DNA from: Calditrichota bacterium
GTDB taxonomy: Bacteria; CLD3
DNA length: 64,000 nt
Assembly (NCBI GenBank): GCA_008501735.1
Contig: QQUF01000033.1
Coordinates: 65,727-129,726 of the forward strand
Reading direction: 5' to 3'
The notes beneath the pieces are model-generated. The model was not told the origin of the DNA. It worked only from the letters and a program-made list of their open reading frames with translations, and ran no database searches. Position numbers and translations under genes: made by a program. Numbering within the stretch: the stretch's first letter is position 1; each line of letters begins with the position of its first letter. This document shows positions 10,401 through 18,566 of this stretch, one piece after another.

Positions 10401-13400
10401 CCCAGAAGTTGGATTTGCACTAAAATCAACTGTTAAAGCACTTCCACTCGCTAAATCAGGAAATCCGTCGTTGTTTCCGTCAACCGTAAAAAGTGTTGAA
10501 TTGTCAATTGTCGGTAAAAATGAAGTTGTGTTTGAAGGTGCAGAATCGCCACCAAGATTGTTTTGTGAAGCCAAAGAAACTGCAAGGCGGATTTCCGCTC
10601 CTGCTTCAACGATTCCATCTCCAAGTCCATAAAGTGCGTTCCAAGGAATTGCAATTTCTGTTCCTGTTAGGCTTCCAGTTAGAAAAGTTCTTGAAAGTGC
10701 ATCAACAGAACTTGTTGAAATTGCCGATTCAATTTTCCAGAAATCACCATTCCCGCCAGCGTAAGAACCAAACTGAAAATCAGCTTTCATCAACGAATTT
10801 GCACTAAAAATTGCATTTCTATCCCAAACGTCAATGCTTGAAAGATTTGTTTGTCCGTTCAATCCATTTGGGTCAGTGTCCAAGTAAAGAATCCAAGAAA
10901 TATTTGTTCCGACTGAGCCGTCAATTCCTAGGTAAAGGTAAAGCGAATCCCAATCCATAAAAACTGTTTCGATTTCATTACTAACTCCCCAAAACGAATC
11001 GTTGTTCGGGTCGTCTATTAAAACATTTGTAGAGTCCCATTCGTTTGCTTCAAAAAAACCATCAATCGTTTTCGTGTAGCCTTCAAGTTTATTCACTAAG
11101 TAGTAGTCAAAATGATAAAATCTCTCGTTTCCATTTCCAAAATTATTTGTAAAAGAATTCCAATCGGCAACCATTCTTAAATCAGCAAAATTGGCATTTT
11201 CCAAACTGTCTTGAATCGCTTGGTCAAGCTGAATTCTTAGAAGATTTGTGTTTGAAGTAGTTAGTAAAGTTGCGTTAGAGAAGTTAAAATCGATTTGGCT
11301 GTCAAAATCCAAATCCATTCCGACATTGGTTAAATCAACTGTTGAAACATTAATTTGGTCGTCAAAATTTAAAATTAGAATTCCTGTTTCAGAGAAGTAG
11401 TCGGTGGTTGTAAGTTTTGGTCTGTTTACAAGCTGATTTGCAAGATTGTCCAAATCAGGCGAAGTCAAGCCGTTTGGTTGTGCGTAACCTCCGTAAAGAT
11501 AAAATTCAAAATCTCCGTTTCCTTGAATTTCGTCTCCTTCAATTAAAGTTGTGCTAAAAGTCGAAGAATGACTTGCTCCGCCACTTCCTACAACGTAAGC
11601 AGCTGTTGCATTTGTGCCAGTTTTTCTTTGTCCAAAGTAAGAACTTGAAGGCGAAAAAATCCTTTCCAAACCTTGTGCATCCCAAGTCAAAGCAACAAAA
11701 TCAGGTGAAAATCCACTTTTAATGTAGGCTTGTCCAGGAGTATTGTAATTCACTCGTAAATAAGGTTCACCTTCAGCAAGTCGGATTCGTTTTTCCATTC
11801 CATCTTTAAAAAGTGTGAATTGAACCGCTGTACCACTACTTTCATCAACATTCCAACCGTAAGACTCATTCACCCAATTTGAATTTCCGTTCACGTAAGA
11901 GTCTGAAAGTCCTGCAATATGGTTAGCATCATTGAAATCTCCGTCTGTTCCTTCCCAATAAGTGTGGTCATTTCCAATAATCGGATAAGCGTAATCAGAA
12001 CCTTTTCCAAACATCCAACAAAGTCTTCCTCCTGTTGCCTCAAAAACTGCAAAAACTCTGTCGTTATGAATTACCATTTCATCTAAACCATCTTGGTCAA
12101 TGTCAGAAGTAAAACAACCGTTTGTGTTTGTGTACCAACCAGCAGCCCATTTTGAGGCTTCTGCGTAAACGTTTGCATTTTTAATGTGTCCTGAATATTT
12201 GTGAATCCAACCTGAAATTGGTTGACCAAGTCCGTCGTGCCAAGCTGTTTCGTGAATGTTAATCATAAATGTGTACCAACCAGCTTCCGAAATCGAATTT
12301 TGTGCAGAACTCATCAAATTATTGTAAGTATTCCACCAAACAGTTCCGTAATTCCACTTTGGAAAATGGTAATCAGAATGACTTTCAGTACTTGCCCAAT
12401 CTGTGTACCAAGAGTTATTATTTCCACCGTAACCGTTTGTTCCACCAATTAAGTCATAAGTTCCGTTGTTAAGAGTAACTCCTGTTCCGTCGAATTGCCC
12501 AGATGAAATTGCACTTGAAAGTTTCCAAGCTCCTTGCCAAGATGAATTTGCAGAGAGTTGTTGATTGAGCCATTCAAAATTTTCAACTCCAGAAGAAATT
12601 CCTTGTCCTGAAACTTCTGCTAAAACTTCCCAATCTGTTCCATAAACTGTAATTCCGTTTGCACCAGTTGAAAGAATTGTGTTCCAAGCTTGACCTGCAT
12701 CGTAGTTTACATTTCCAGTAAAAGTGTTGTCAATAGGAATCACACGAAGGTTAATTCCGTTGTTGTTGCTCATCCAATGAATTTTATGATTGTCTGCTCC
12801 GGGAAGATGAATGTAATCGTCAAGAACAACTGCATCAATTCCGTTTTGAGTCCAATTATCACCAAGCCAAGTATCAGAAATTCCAGCTTCAGGATAATTT
12901 CCTCCTGAAAGCCAAACTCTTTCGGGAACCCAAGCAATAGAAGGGTTGTAGTTGTAAACAAAATCAACTAAATCGTGCTGAGTTTTCACAGATTTTGAAT
13001 TTACGTTGTCAGGTAAAAAAGGCATAATGTGTTGACCGTAAGCAGAAGACATTATTTCCGCCCAACCTTGTTGGCCACCTTGTTCAAGCCAATCATTAAA
13101 ACTTGGGTCGTGCCATTCTGCTGCCGTAATCAAAGTTCCTGACATATGATAATTTGCAGGAATTCCGTAAGTTTGAGAAATTGCCATTAATTCGTCAAAT
13201 CCATTTCCGGAATTATTCGGGTAAGTTGTTCCTCCATCAGTTCCTCTAAAAACATCAGTGTATGTCAAACCTTGATTTCCGTGAAGCACAAAGGCACAAT
13301 GTCCTGTTTGATTCGAGATTTCATTTGAGCCTTTGAGGCTGTCAATCGGTTTTCCGTTTTGTTCGCTGATGACTAAGTATTCGATTGGAAAAGTTGTCTC

Positions 13401-13913
13401 TTCATCAAAAATGTTTTCAGAATATTTTTCAAGTTCAGATTTTAGTTGTTCTGAGTGCGGAATTGCAAGTTCTACAAAATTAAATTCTCTTGTGATTTCG
13501 GTTTGAATAAATTCGTCTTTTATGAAATTTCTAAAAGTTCCCTTTTCTGTGGAAAATTCAATTACTTCGTCAAAGTAGAAGTCTTCATTTTGAACTTTAG
13601 TTTCTCTTGAAGTAGTGTAAGAAAGATAAACTTTAAATTTTGTGTTTCGGGTTTCAAAAAACTCTTCTTTTTTATCCATCGATTGTAAAAGGAAAGAACC
13701 GATTCTTACTTTTAAGAATTCAGGTTCTAAATCTGTGTAAAGTGTTAACAAATCAGCAGATGGAGTTTTACGAATTTCATCTGTTTCAACTGCTAAATCT
13801 GCTTTTTTGAAATGCTTTAGTTCGTATGATTTTGGATTTCCTAACTCAATTTTATTTTGAGCAAAAATATTTGTAAAAATCAAAAGTGTAAGTAGCGATA
13901 ATTTTATTTTCAT
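7470..13913 (-). CDS. Giant secreted protein, 2147 aa. Domain order: signal peptide, GH57/GH119-like alpha-glucan-active catalytic domain, about 8 starch-binding-like (CBM20/25-like) beta-sandwich repeats interspersed with 3 PKD domains, C-terminal FN3 domain.
   Basis: The N-terminus has a signal peptide. The block HCAFVLHGNQGL...AWVPERVWLSGG resembles the GH57 HxHQ and WxPE (nucleophile Glu) motifs. This is a motif-level match only. The repeated module V(T/D)FQVDLS...DSV.V.G.F..W...L......G.Y...G...EYKF......WE....NR occurs about 8 times. PKD blocks are PTSGNLPLEVNFVSLA...WNWDFDGNGTTD, TPLSGNVPLSVDFVDLS...WEWDFDSDGTID and NVQSGNAPLSVDFTDLS...WQWDFDNDGVVD. The C-terminus (LNWSAVSGGTNYKIYRES...KWFYVVTVE) is FN3-like. 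Confidence 0.7.
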   Translation of the reverse strand: MKIKLSLLTLLIFTNIFAQNKIELGNPKSYELKHFKKADLAVETDEIRKTPSADLLTLYTDLEPEFLKVRIGSFLLQSMDKKEEFFETRNTKFKVYLSYTTSRETKVQNEDFYFDEVIEFSTEKGTFRNFIKDEFIQTEITREFNFVELAIPHSEQLKSELEKYSENIFDEETTFPIEYLVISEQNGKPIDSLKGSNEISNQTGHCAFVLHGNQGLTYTDVFRGTDGGTTYPNNSGNGFDELMAISQTYGIPANYHMSGTLITAAEWHDPSFNDWLEQGGQQGWAEIMSSAYGQHIMPFLPDNVNSKSVKTQHDLVDFVYNYNPSIAWVPERVWLSGGNYPEAGISDTWLGDNWTQNGIDAVVLDDYIHLPGADNHKIHWMSNNNGINLRVIPIDNTFTGNVNYDAGQAWNTILSTGANGITVYGTDWEVLAEVSGQGISSGVENFEWLNQQLSANSSWQGAWKLSSAISSGQFDGTGVTLNNGTYDLIGGTNGYGGNNNSWYTDWASTESHSDYHFPKWNYGTVWWNTYNNLMSSAQNSISEAGWYTFMINIHETAWHDGLGQPISGWIHKYSGHIKNANVYAEASKWAAGWYTNTNGCFTSDIDQDGLDEMVIHNDRVFAVFEATGGRLCWMFGKGSDYAYPIIGNDHTYWEGTDGDFNDANHIAGLSDSYVNGNSNWVNESYGWNVDESSGTAVQFTLFKDGMEKRIRLAEGEPYLRVNYNTPGQAYIKSGFSPDFVALTWDAQGLERIFSPSSSYFGQRKTGTNATAAYVVGSGGASHSSTFSTTLIEGDEIQGNGDFEFYLYGGYAQPNGLTSPDLDNLANQLVNRPKLTTTDYFSETGILILNFDDQINVSTVDLTNVGMDLDFDSQIDFNFSNATLLTTSNTNLLRIQLDQAIQDSLENANFADLRMVADWNSFTNNFGNGNERFYHFDYYLVNKLEGYTKTIDGFFEANEWDSTNVLIDDPNNDSFWGVSNEIETVFMDWDSLYLYLGIDGSVGTNISWILYLDTDPNGLNGQTNLSSIDVWDRNAIFSANSLMKADFQFGSYAGGNGDFWKIESAISTSSVDALSRTFLTGSLTGTEIAIPWNALYGLGDGIVEAGAEIRLAVSLASQNNLGGDSAPSNTTSFLPTIDNSTLFTVDGNNDGFPDLASGSALTVDFSANPTSGNLPLEVNFVSLAKAGANPIQSWNWDFDGNGTTDATGQTATYIYNSQGSYTVSLTVSDGATTLTETKNNHIDVALDGVDQDVLVTFQVDLSAFCNDQIDSVKATGTFTGWNSGANALELTDSDGDLIFTGSYLFVAGTVVNQEFKFINFLNGNASPNWESVANRILTLDETVADSTLNTIFFNDTYSSSISQGVEVTFQVDLSVVTENVDSVFVTGEFFGWNPTGLKLEQISGTVYGGSNFFAECSDGEQDYKFVYHNGTDFVWETQISNRNLQINDSDTTQTLDLVTFNNLPISPQAGFSATPLSGNVPLSVDFVDLSVDGASPITSWEWDFDSDGTIDKTDKNPNFAFNTVGNYDVTLIVSDGTLSDTLTKVNYIAASQQGGISQNVEVDFSVDLSALCAVQIDSVKLVGTFTNWPVSPIKMEDLNNDNIYEISHTFSIGDTSEQEFKFVYYSDSTIEIHWEDEIGNRLLSIDDSNSDTTLATVFFNEIPPTNVTTQGVDVTFQVDVSSIQSGFTNIFVTGDFANWQADSLEMNLVSGNIYDLTLNFPSCSEKVQNFKFTYSDGTDIFWENTGNRSFTIDDLNNSQTLDLASFGDVLTQNINATFKVNLYNFCDATLDSVKVVGSFTDWLNNSMTLTDSNSDLVFEGIHQFQVGDTKSQEYKFIFYADGDSTIQWENGIQNRILQLSEANGDTVLDEVIFDDSAILKTAQTSDIYFQVHLGGVQDNVLSSYVVGTFNNWDVFDFQLTQLTDDIFAGTYNFPVCADIQQEYKFIYLTSTGTTVWEDSIGNRQLILDETQTLQTLDLVTFNDLPIPLEANFISNVQSGNAPLSVDFTDLSFSFPEQIQTWQWDFDNDGVVDDSTQNPTHIYTSAGTYSVRLAVFNGANSDDTLRVDYITVSSGVLPAITDLQIIENGNDISLNWSAVSGGTNYKIYRESIPITDVSGLTPIGQTTNLNFTDFGAVSSGKWFYVVTVE

Positions 13914-14108
13914 TGCTTTGCCTATTAAAGATGTTCAAATTTAAGTAGGCATAATTTAAAACTAATTCTTAAGATTGTTAAGTCAAAAAGAAGTGATTTA
14001 AATCACATTGAAAAAAGTATCGGCAATTAAATTTCTAAAGTTCTTTAATATTTTGGCAAAACCCCACTTTGTCAAAATTTGTTCTTTCCAAAATGTGAGG
14101 TAAGTAAG

Positions 14109-17100
14109 ATGAAAAATTTAAACAATTACCATTCTTTAAAAGGAAACTCTAAAATATTTTTTACAATATTGTTGCTTTTAGCATTTTCTACAAATCTCTT
14201 ATCTAACACTTTTGACATCGGAACTGGAACTTCAAGTAATTCAGCAACAGGAACTCCTACTCCTCTTGGTGCTTACTACGAAAGTCAAAAAGTCCAGTAC
14301 CTTTATTTTGCAAATGAGCTAACAGCTGCAGGAATGGTAAACGGAACTGAAATAGGACAAATTGGGTTTTATGTCGATAACCCAAATTCTGTAGCAACAA
14401 TTCAAAATTACACTATAAAAACTAAACTCACTACCAATTCAGGCTTAGCAACAAGTTTTGAAACAACAGGTCTTTCAAGCAATTATGGACCAACAACAGA
14501 AGTAGTTTCTGTTTCAAGTGGTTGGCATTTGATAAATTTGGGCAACTCATTTGTTTGGGACGGAACTTCAAATCTTTTAATTGAAACTTGTTCATTCACC
14601 CAACCTTGGATTACAAATGGAAATTACTCAATTCGTTACTCAAATGTTGTTGGTGGAGCAATGGAAAAGCACGACGACGGTTTTTCGCAATGCGGAGAAA
14701 CTTCTGGTGCAGTCAGTGATAAACGTGCAAACATTCGTTTGGTGGAATTGCAACAAGCTCCCGAAGATTTGGCAATTGTCGGATTTACTGCTCCAAGCCC
14801 TGCTCTTTACAATTCAACTCAAGATTTTCAAGTTACAGTGTCAAACATTGGAAACTCACAAGTTGCTGCAAATGGAATAATTGAAATCGACATTGACAAT
14901 GACGGAACTTTTGATGCGAGTACAAATATTTCAGGTTTGGCAAGTGGAACAACAAATACTTATTTAATTCCTGCACAACTTCCTGCAATTTACGGAACAC
15001 AAACAGCAGTTGCTCAAGTTACTCTCTCTAATGGAACTGACGTAAACTCTACAAACAACTCGCTGACAACTACTTACGATGTTGTTTCAAATAATGATGT
15101 TGGGATTATTTCAGTTACAGTAAATGGTTTTGGCGGAAATACCATTTCTCCAGGAGGGCAAATGAATGTTGCTGTTGTAATTTATAATTATGGGCAAACA
15201 GCAGCAGATGGAGATGTAGATATTGACGTTGATAATGATGGGATTTCTGATGGAAGTGTTTCTTTTACTGGATTAGCTCCAAACTCATATGTAAATCTAG
15301 CAGGAACAACCACTTCCCCAATAAATATTGGTAATTACGATTTGTGTGCATATGTAAATCTCGCTAGTGCAATCGACGAAAACACAAGTAATAACACTTC
15401 TTGCGTAAATTACACAGTTGGTCAATTTTGCATTGACACTTTTCCTTATTTAGAAAATTTCGATACTTGGGCAACAGGCTCGAACATTGACCCAATTACT
15501 GGTTGGTCTCAAAGTGGAAATCCTTATTTAAATTGGACAGTTGCTAATGGAAGCACAGGTTCAGCTTCAACAGGTCCAATTCAAGATTATACAGAAGAAA
15601 TAACAAATGGAACAGTTGTAGGGAATTATGTTTACACAGAATCATCAGGACCTTCTGTTGGTAATGAATTTGGATTTCTAACTCCGTGCTTTGATTTATC
15701 CACAGTCAATTTCCCAGAATTAAATTTTTATTTTCATATGCATCATAATAACCAAACTAATGGTGAGATTCACATTGATGTTCTTGATTTAACAACTGGA
15801 ATTAATGATTTAAGTGTCTGGTCTCAAACTGGACAAACTCAGAGTGGTTTTAATCCGGATTGGGAAAAGATTACTGTTTCTTTAGCAGCTTATGCAGGAA
15901 ACGAAGTTCAGATAAGGTTTAGAACTATCGTCGGTGGTCCAACAGCTTTCGAAAATGACACTGGTATTGACCAAGTTTATATTGGTGAAGCAATTGCTGA
16001 TGACATTGGAATTCAAACAATTACTTACAATCAACCGATTTTTGAAAACTTGCCATTTGATGTTTTTGTAAAAGTCCAAAATTACGGACAAAACGATGCA
16101 GACTTTGATGTAAATTTTGATACTGACGGAGACGGGCAAATTGATGTAACAAGCACTTTTAATGGACTTTTAGCAAATACTTTTACAATTGTAACTGTTC
16201 CAGTGAATAATCCTCCAAATGTTGGAAATTACACTCTTGACGCTTCAGTTTTTCTTTCAAGTGGTGTTGACCAAATCTCATTTAATGATTCTCTCTCTGT
16301 CAATTATTCAATTATTCAAGATAACGACATCAGCCTTACAAACGTTAATGCAACAAACGGTTTACTTTATCCAAACGACACTCTAAAAGTCGCCACAACT
16401 GTTTTGAATCAAAGCTCTTCGATTGCTGATGTAAAATTATTAATTGACTTTGAGAATGACGGAATTAATGACGATTCAACTACAATAAATGGAATTCTTT
16501 CAACTTTAAACCAGTCTTACACTTTTGAAAAAGTATTAACAAATCTTTTCTCAGGAATCGAAACTGTAAAAGTCGAAGCTGTTTTACTTAGTGCAATCGA
16601 CCCAAATCTCGCTAACAATGTTAAAACTGATGTTTATGAGGTTTTCCCAGATTGTCAATCATTTTACCCAAGTTTGGAATCTTTCGATACTTGGACAGAA
16701 GGAAACAACTTTCCAATTTCTTCTTTGTGGACAAAATCGGTTTCACCCCAAAATTCACAACTAAAGTGGAAAGTTGGAAAATTAGGAACTCAAAGCCAAA
16801 ATACAGGTCCAGTTAGTGATGTTACTGCACAAATTGGTACATTAGATGGAAATTATTTATTCGTAGAGGCTTCTGGAGGTAGTGCAGGTGATACTGCTTT
16901 TTTGAATTCTAATTGTTTGGATTTTTCAACTCTTAGTTCTCCAACTATTAAATTTTATTGCCATATGTTTGGCGGAGCAATGGGAGATTTATACTTAGAT
17001 GTTTTGGATTCAAATGATGTTCCAATTGCAAACTCAATTTGGAGTCAAATTGGCGAATTTCAAAATTCCTCTTCTGCACCTTGGGAGAAAGTAAAACTAA

Positions 17101-18437
17101 GCCTTGCATCTTTTTCTGGACAAACTGTAAAACTACGTTGGCGATACATCAAAAATGGTTTTATGGGTGATGCTGCAATTGACCATTTGGAAATCATAGA
17201 AAATGTTGACGACATTGGAATCTCAAATCTAAACTACTTTCCAAATTTCCAAACTGGTGCAACCGAATCAATCTCCGTCGAAGTTACAAATTATGGGGTT
17301 TTTGACGCTGATGGAGTCATCGAAATTGATTTAGATTCTGACGGAACTCCTGATGTAACTGAAAATTTTAATGGACTTGGCTCTGGAACTTCACAAATAA
17401 TTCCAGTTAATTTTTCTTCTTTGACAACGCTTGGGAATTACTCTGCAACAATTTCGCTAGACTTGACTAATGCAGTAGATGTGGAATCAAATGACAATAC
17501 AAGGATAATTGATTACACTGTTTATCCAACAAACAACTCTCCGACTCTACTCTCTCAAATTCCCGATTTAGTTTTAAATGAAGATTTTATACAAGTAATA
17601 AAATTTGCTGATTTAGACACTGTTTTTAATGACGTTGATTCATTTGACAGTTTGACTTATGAAATAATTTCCCCAAATGACATTGTAGAAATTGTTCAAA
17701 ATGATAATCTAATTGAGTTAATCGCGAAGCCAAATGCAAATGGGAGTCAAACTATTTCAATTCAAGCAACAGATATTTTTGGTGAAACAATCAACTCTAC
17801 TTCACAATTGACAATTAATCCAGTAAATGATGCTCCAAGTTCATTTGATTTGGTTTCTCCAATTGATGCACTTTTACCAGCTATTAGCTTTTATTCAGTT
17901 GATTTCATTTGGGAAAATTCAATTGATGTTGACAATACAAATTTAGATTATACTCTTAAAGTTTTTAATCAAAATTTTGATGCTACATTCACAGGAATTA
18001 CGGACACGATTTTTACCCTAATGGATTCACTTGAAGAAGTTACTATTTACAATTGGTTCGTAGAAGTTACCGACGGAGAATTTACGGTAAGTAGTTCAGA
18101 CACCTTCGAATTCGAAACAACAATTGGTGCTTCAATTCAAGAAGAAGCTCAATTACCAGAAACATTTGCACTAAAACAGAATTTCCCAAATCCGTTTAAC
18201 CCAACAACCAAAATCAACTTCGATTTACCAATTAGCTCCAAAGTTAAATTAGAAATTTTTAATTTACTCGGACAAAAGGTTAGGACATTAGTTGACAGAA
18301 AAATTAATGCTGGATTCAATTCAGTTACTTGGAATGGAAAAAATGATTTCGGGAACCAAGTGAGTTCTGGAATTTACATTTACAAAATTCAAACGGAAGA
18401 CTTTACACAAAGTAAAAAAATGGTATTTTTAAAATAG
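14109..18437 (+). CDS. Large secreted adhesin-like protein with two MAM domains, multiple CARDB-like domains and a T9SS C-terminal sorting domain (Por_Secre_tail).
   Basis: The start was chosen at MKNLNNY...ILLLLAFSTNLLS (signal peptide). The track's ATG at 14079 is 10 codons upstream. MAM-like blocks are YVYTESSGPSVGNEFGFLTPCFDLS...ELNFYFHMHH...IHIDVL and YLFVEASGGSAGDTAFLNSNCLDFS...IKFYCHMFG...LYLDVL. There are repeated DxDGDGxxD CARDB-like segments. The C-terminus is LKQNFPNPFNPTT...VSSGIYIYKIQTEDFTQSKKMVFLK. Confidence 0.8.
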   Translation: MKNLNNYHSLKGNSKIFFTILLLLAFSTNLLSNTFDIGTGTSSNSATGTPTPLGAYYESQKVQYLYFANELTAAGMVNGTEIGQIGFYVDNPNSVATIQNYTIKTKLTTNSGLATSFETTGLSSNYGPTTEVVSVSSGWHLINLGNSFVWDGTSNLLIETCSFTQPWITNGNYSIRYSNVVGGAMEKHDDGFSQCGETSGAVSDKRANIRLVELQQAPEDLAIVGFTAPSPALYNSTQDFQVTVSNIGNSQVAANGIIEIDIDNDGTFDASTNISGLASGTTNTYLIPAQLPAIYGTQTAVAQVTLSNGTDVNSTNNSLTTTYDVVSNNDVGIISVTVNGFGGNTISPGGQMNVAVVIYNYGQTAADGDVDIDVDNDGISDGSVSFTGLAPNSYVNLAGTTTSPINIGNYDLCAYVNLASAIDENTSNNTSCVNYTVGQFCIDTFPYLENFDTWATGSNIDPITGWSQSGNPYLNWTVANGSTGSASTGPIQDYTEEITNGTVVGNYVYTESSGPSVGNEFGFLTPCFDLSTVNFPELNFYFHMHHNNQTNGEIHIDVLDLTTGINDLSVWSQTGQTQSGFNPDWEKITVSLAAYAGNEVQIRFRTIVGGPTAFENDTGIDQVYIGEAIADDIGIQTITYNQPIFENLPFDVFVKVQNYGQNDADFDVNFDTDGDGQIDVTSTFNGLLANTFTIVTVPVNNPPNVGNYTLDASVFLSSGVDQISFNDSLSVNYSIIQDNDISLTNVNATNGLLYPNDTLKVATTVLNQSSSIADVKLLIDFENDGINDDSTTINGILSTLNQSYTFEKVLTNLFSGIETVKVEAVLLSAIDPNLANNVKTDVYEVFPDCQSFYPSLESFDTWTEGNNFPISSLWTKSVSPQNSQLKWKVGKLGTQSQNTGPVSDVTAQIGTLDGNYLFVEASGGSAGDTAFLNSNCLDFSTLSSPTIKFYCHMFGGAMGDLYLDVLDSNDVPIANSIWSQIGEFQNSSSAPWEKVKLSLASFSGQTVKLRWRYIKNGFMGDAAIDHLEIIENVDDIGISNLNYFPNFQTGATESISVEVTNYGVFDADGVIEIDLDSDGTPDVTENFNGLGSGTSQIIPVNFSSLTTLGNYSATISLDLTNAVDVESNDNTRIIDYTVYPTNNSPTLLSQIPDLVLNEDFIQVIKFADLDTVFNDVDSFDSLTYEIISPNDIVEIVQNDNLIELIAKPNANGSQTISIQATDIFGETINSTSQLTINPVNDAPSSFDLVSPIDALLPAISFYSVDFIWENSIDVDNTNLDYTLKVFNQNFDATFTGITDTIFTLMDSLEEVTIYNWFVEVTDGEFTVSSSDTFEFETTIGASIQEEAQLPETFALKQNFPNPFNPTTKINFDLPISSKVKLEIFNLLGQKVRTLVDRKINAGFNSVTWNGKNDFGNQVSSGIYIYKIQTEDFTQSKKMVFLK

Positions 18438-18566
18438 TATCACTAATTTGTCAAAAGAAATTTTATGCTTTCACAAAATTTTATACGTTTTATTTTCATT
18501 AGACTTTATTAAAGTAAGTTAAATCTATTCTTCTAAGTTTCATTTTGTGGAGTAAACAAATACTAA

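Noticed and set aside
7724-12967. Short ORFs inside or antisense to the 2147-aa gene (for example 10493..10807, 12222..12452).
   Set aside because: Same reasoning: these are spurious antisense frames with no start or RBS context and no recognisable domains.
700-13913. C-terminal about 70 aa of the two giant proteins (…YKIYRS…FYKITANN / …YKIYRE…FYVVTVE) as a novel T9SS sorting signal.
   Set aside because: The pattern fits a generic FN3 domain (W..V.GA..Y.IYR…Y.V.A). It lacks the NPF / K-x-x-x-K features of type A or B T9SS CTDs. It is shared by only two proteins here.
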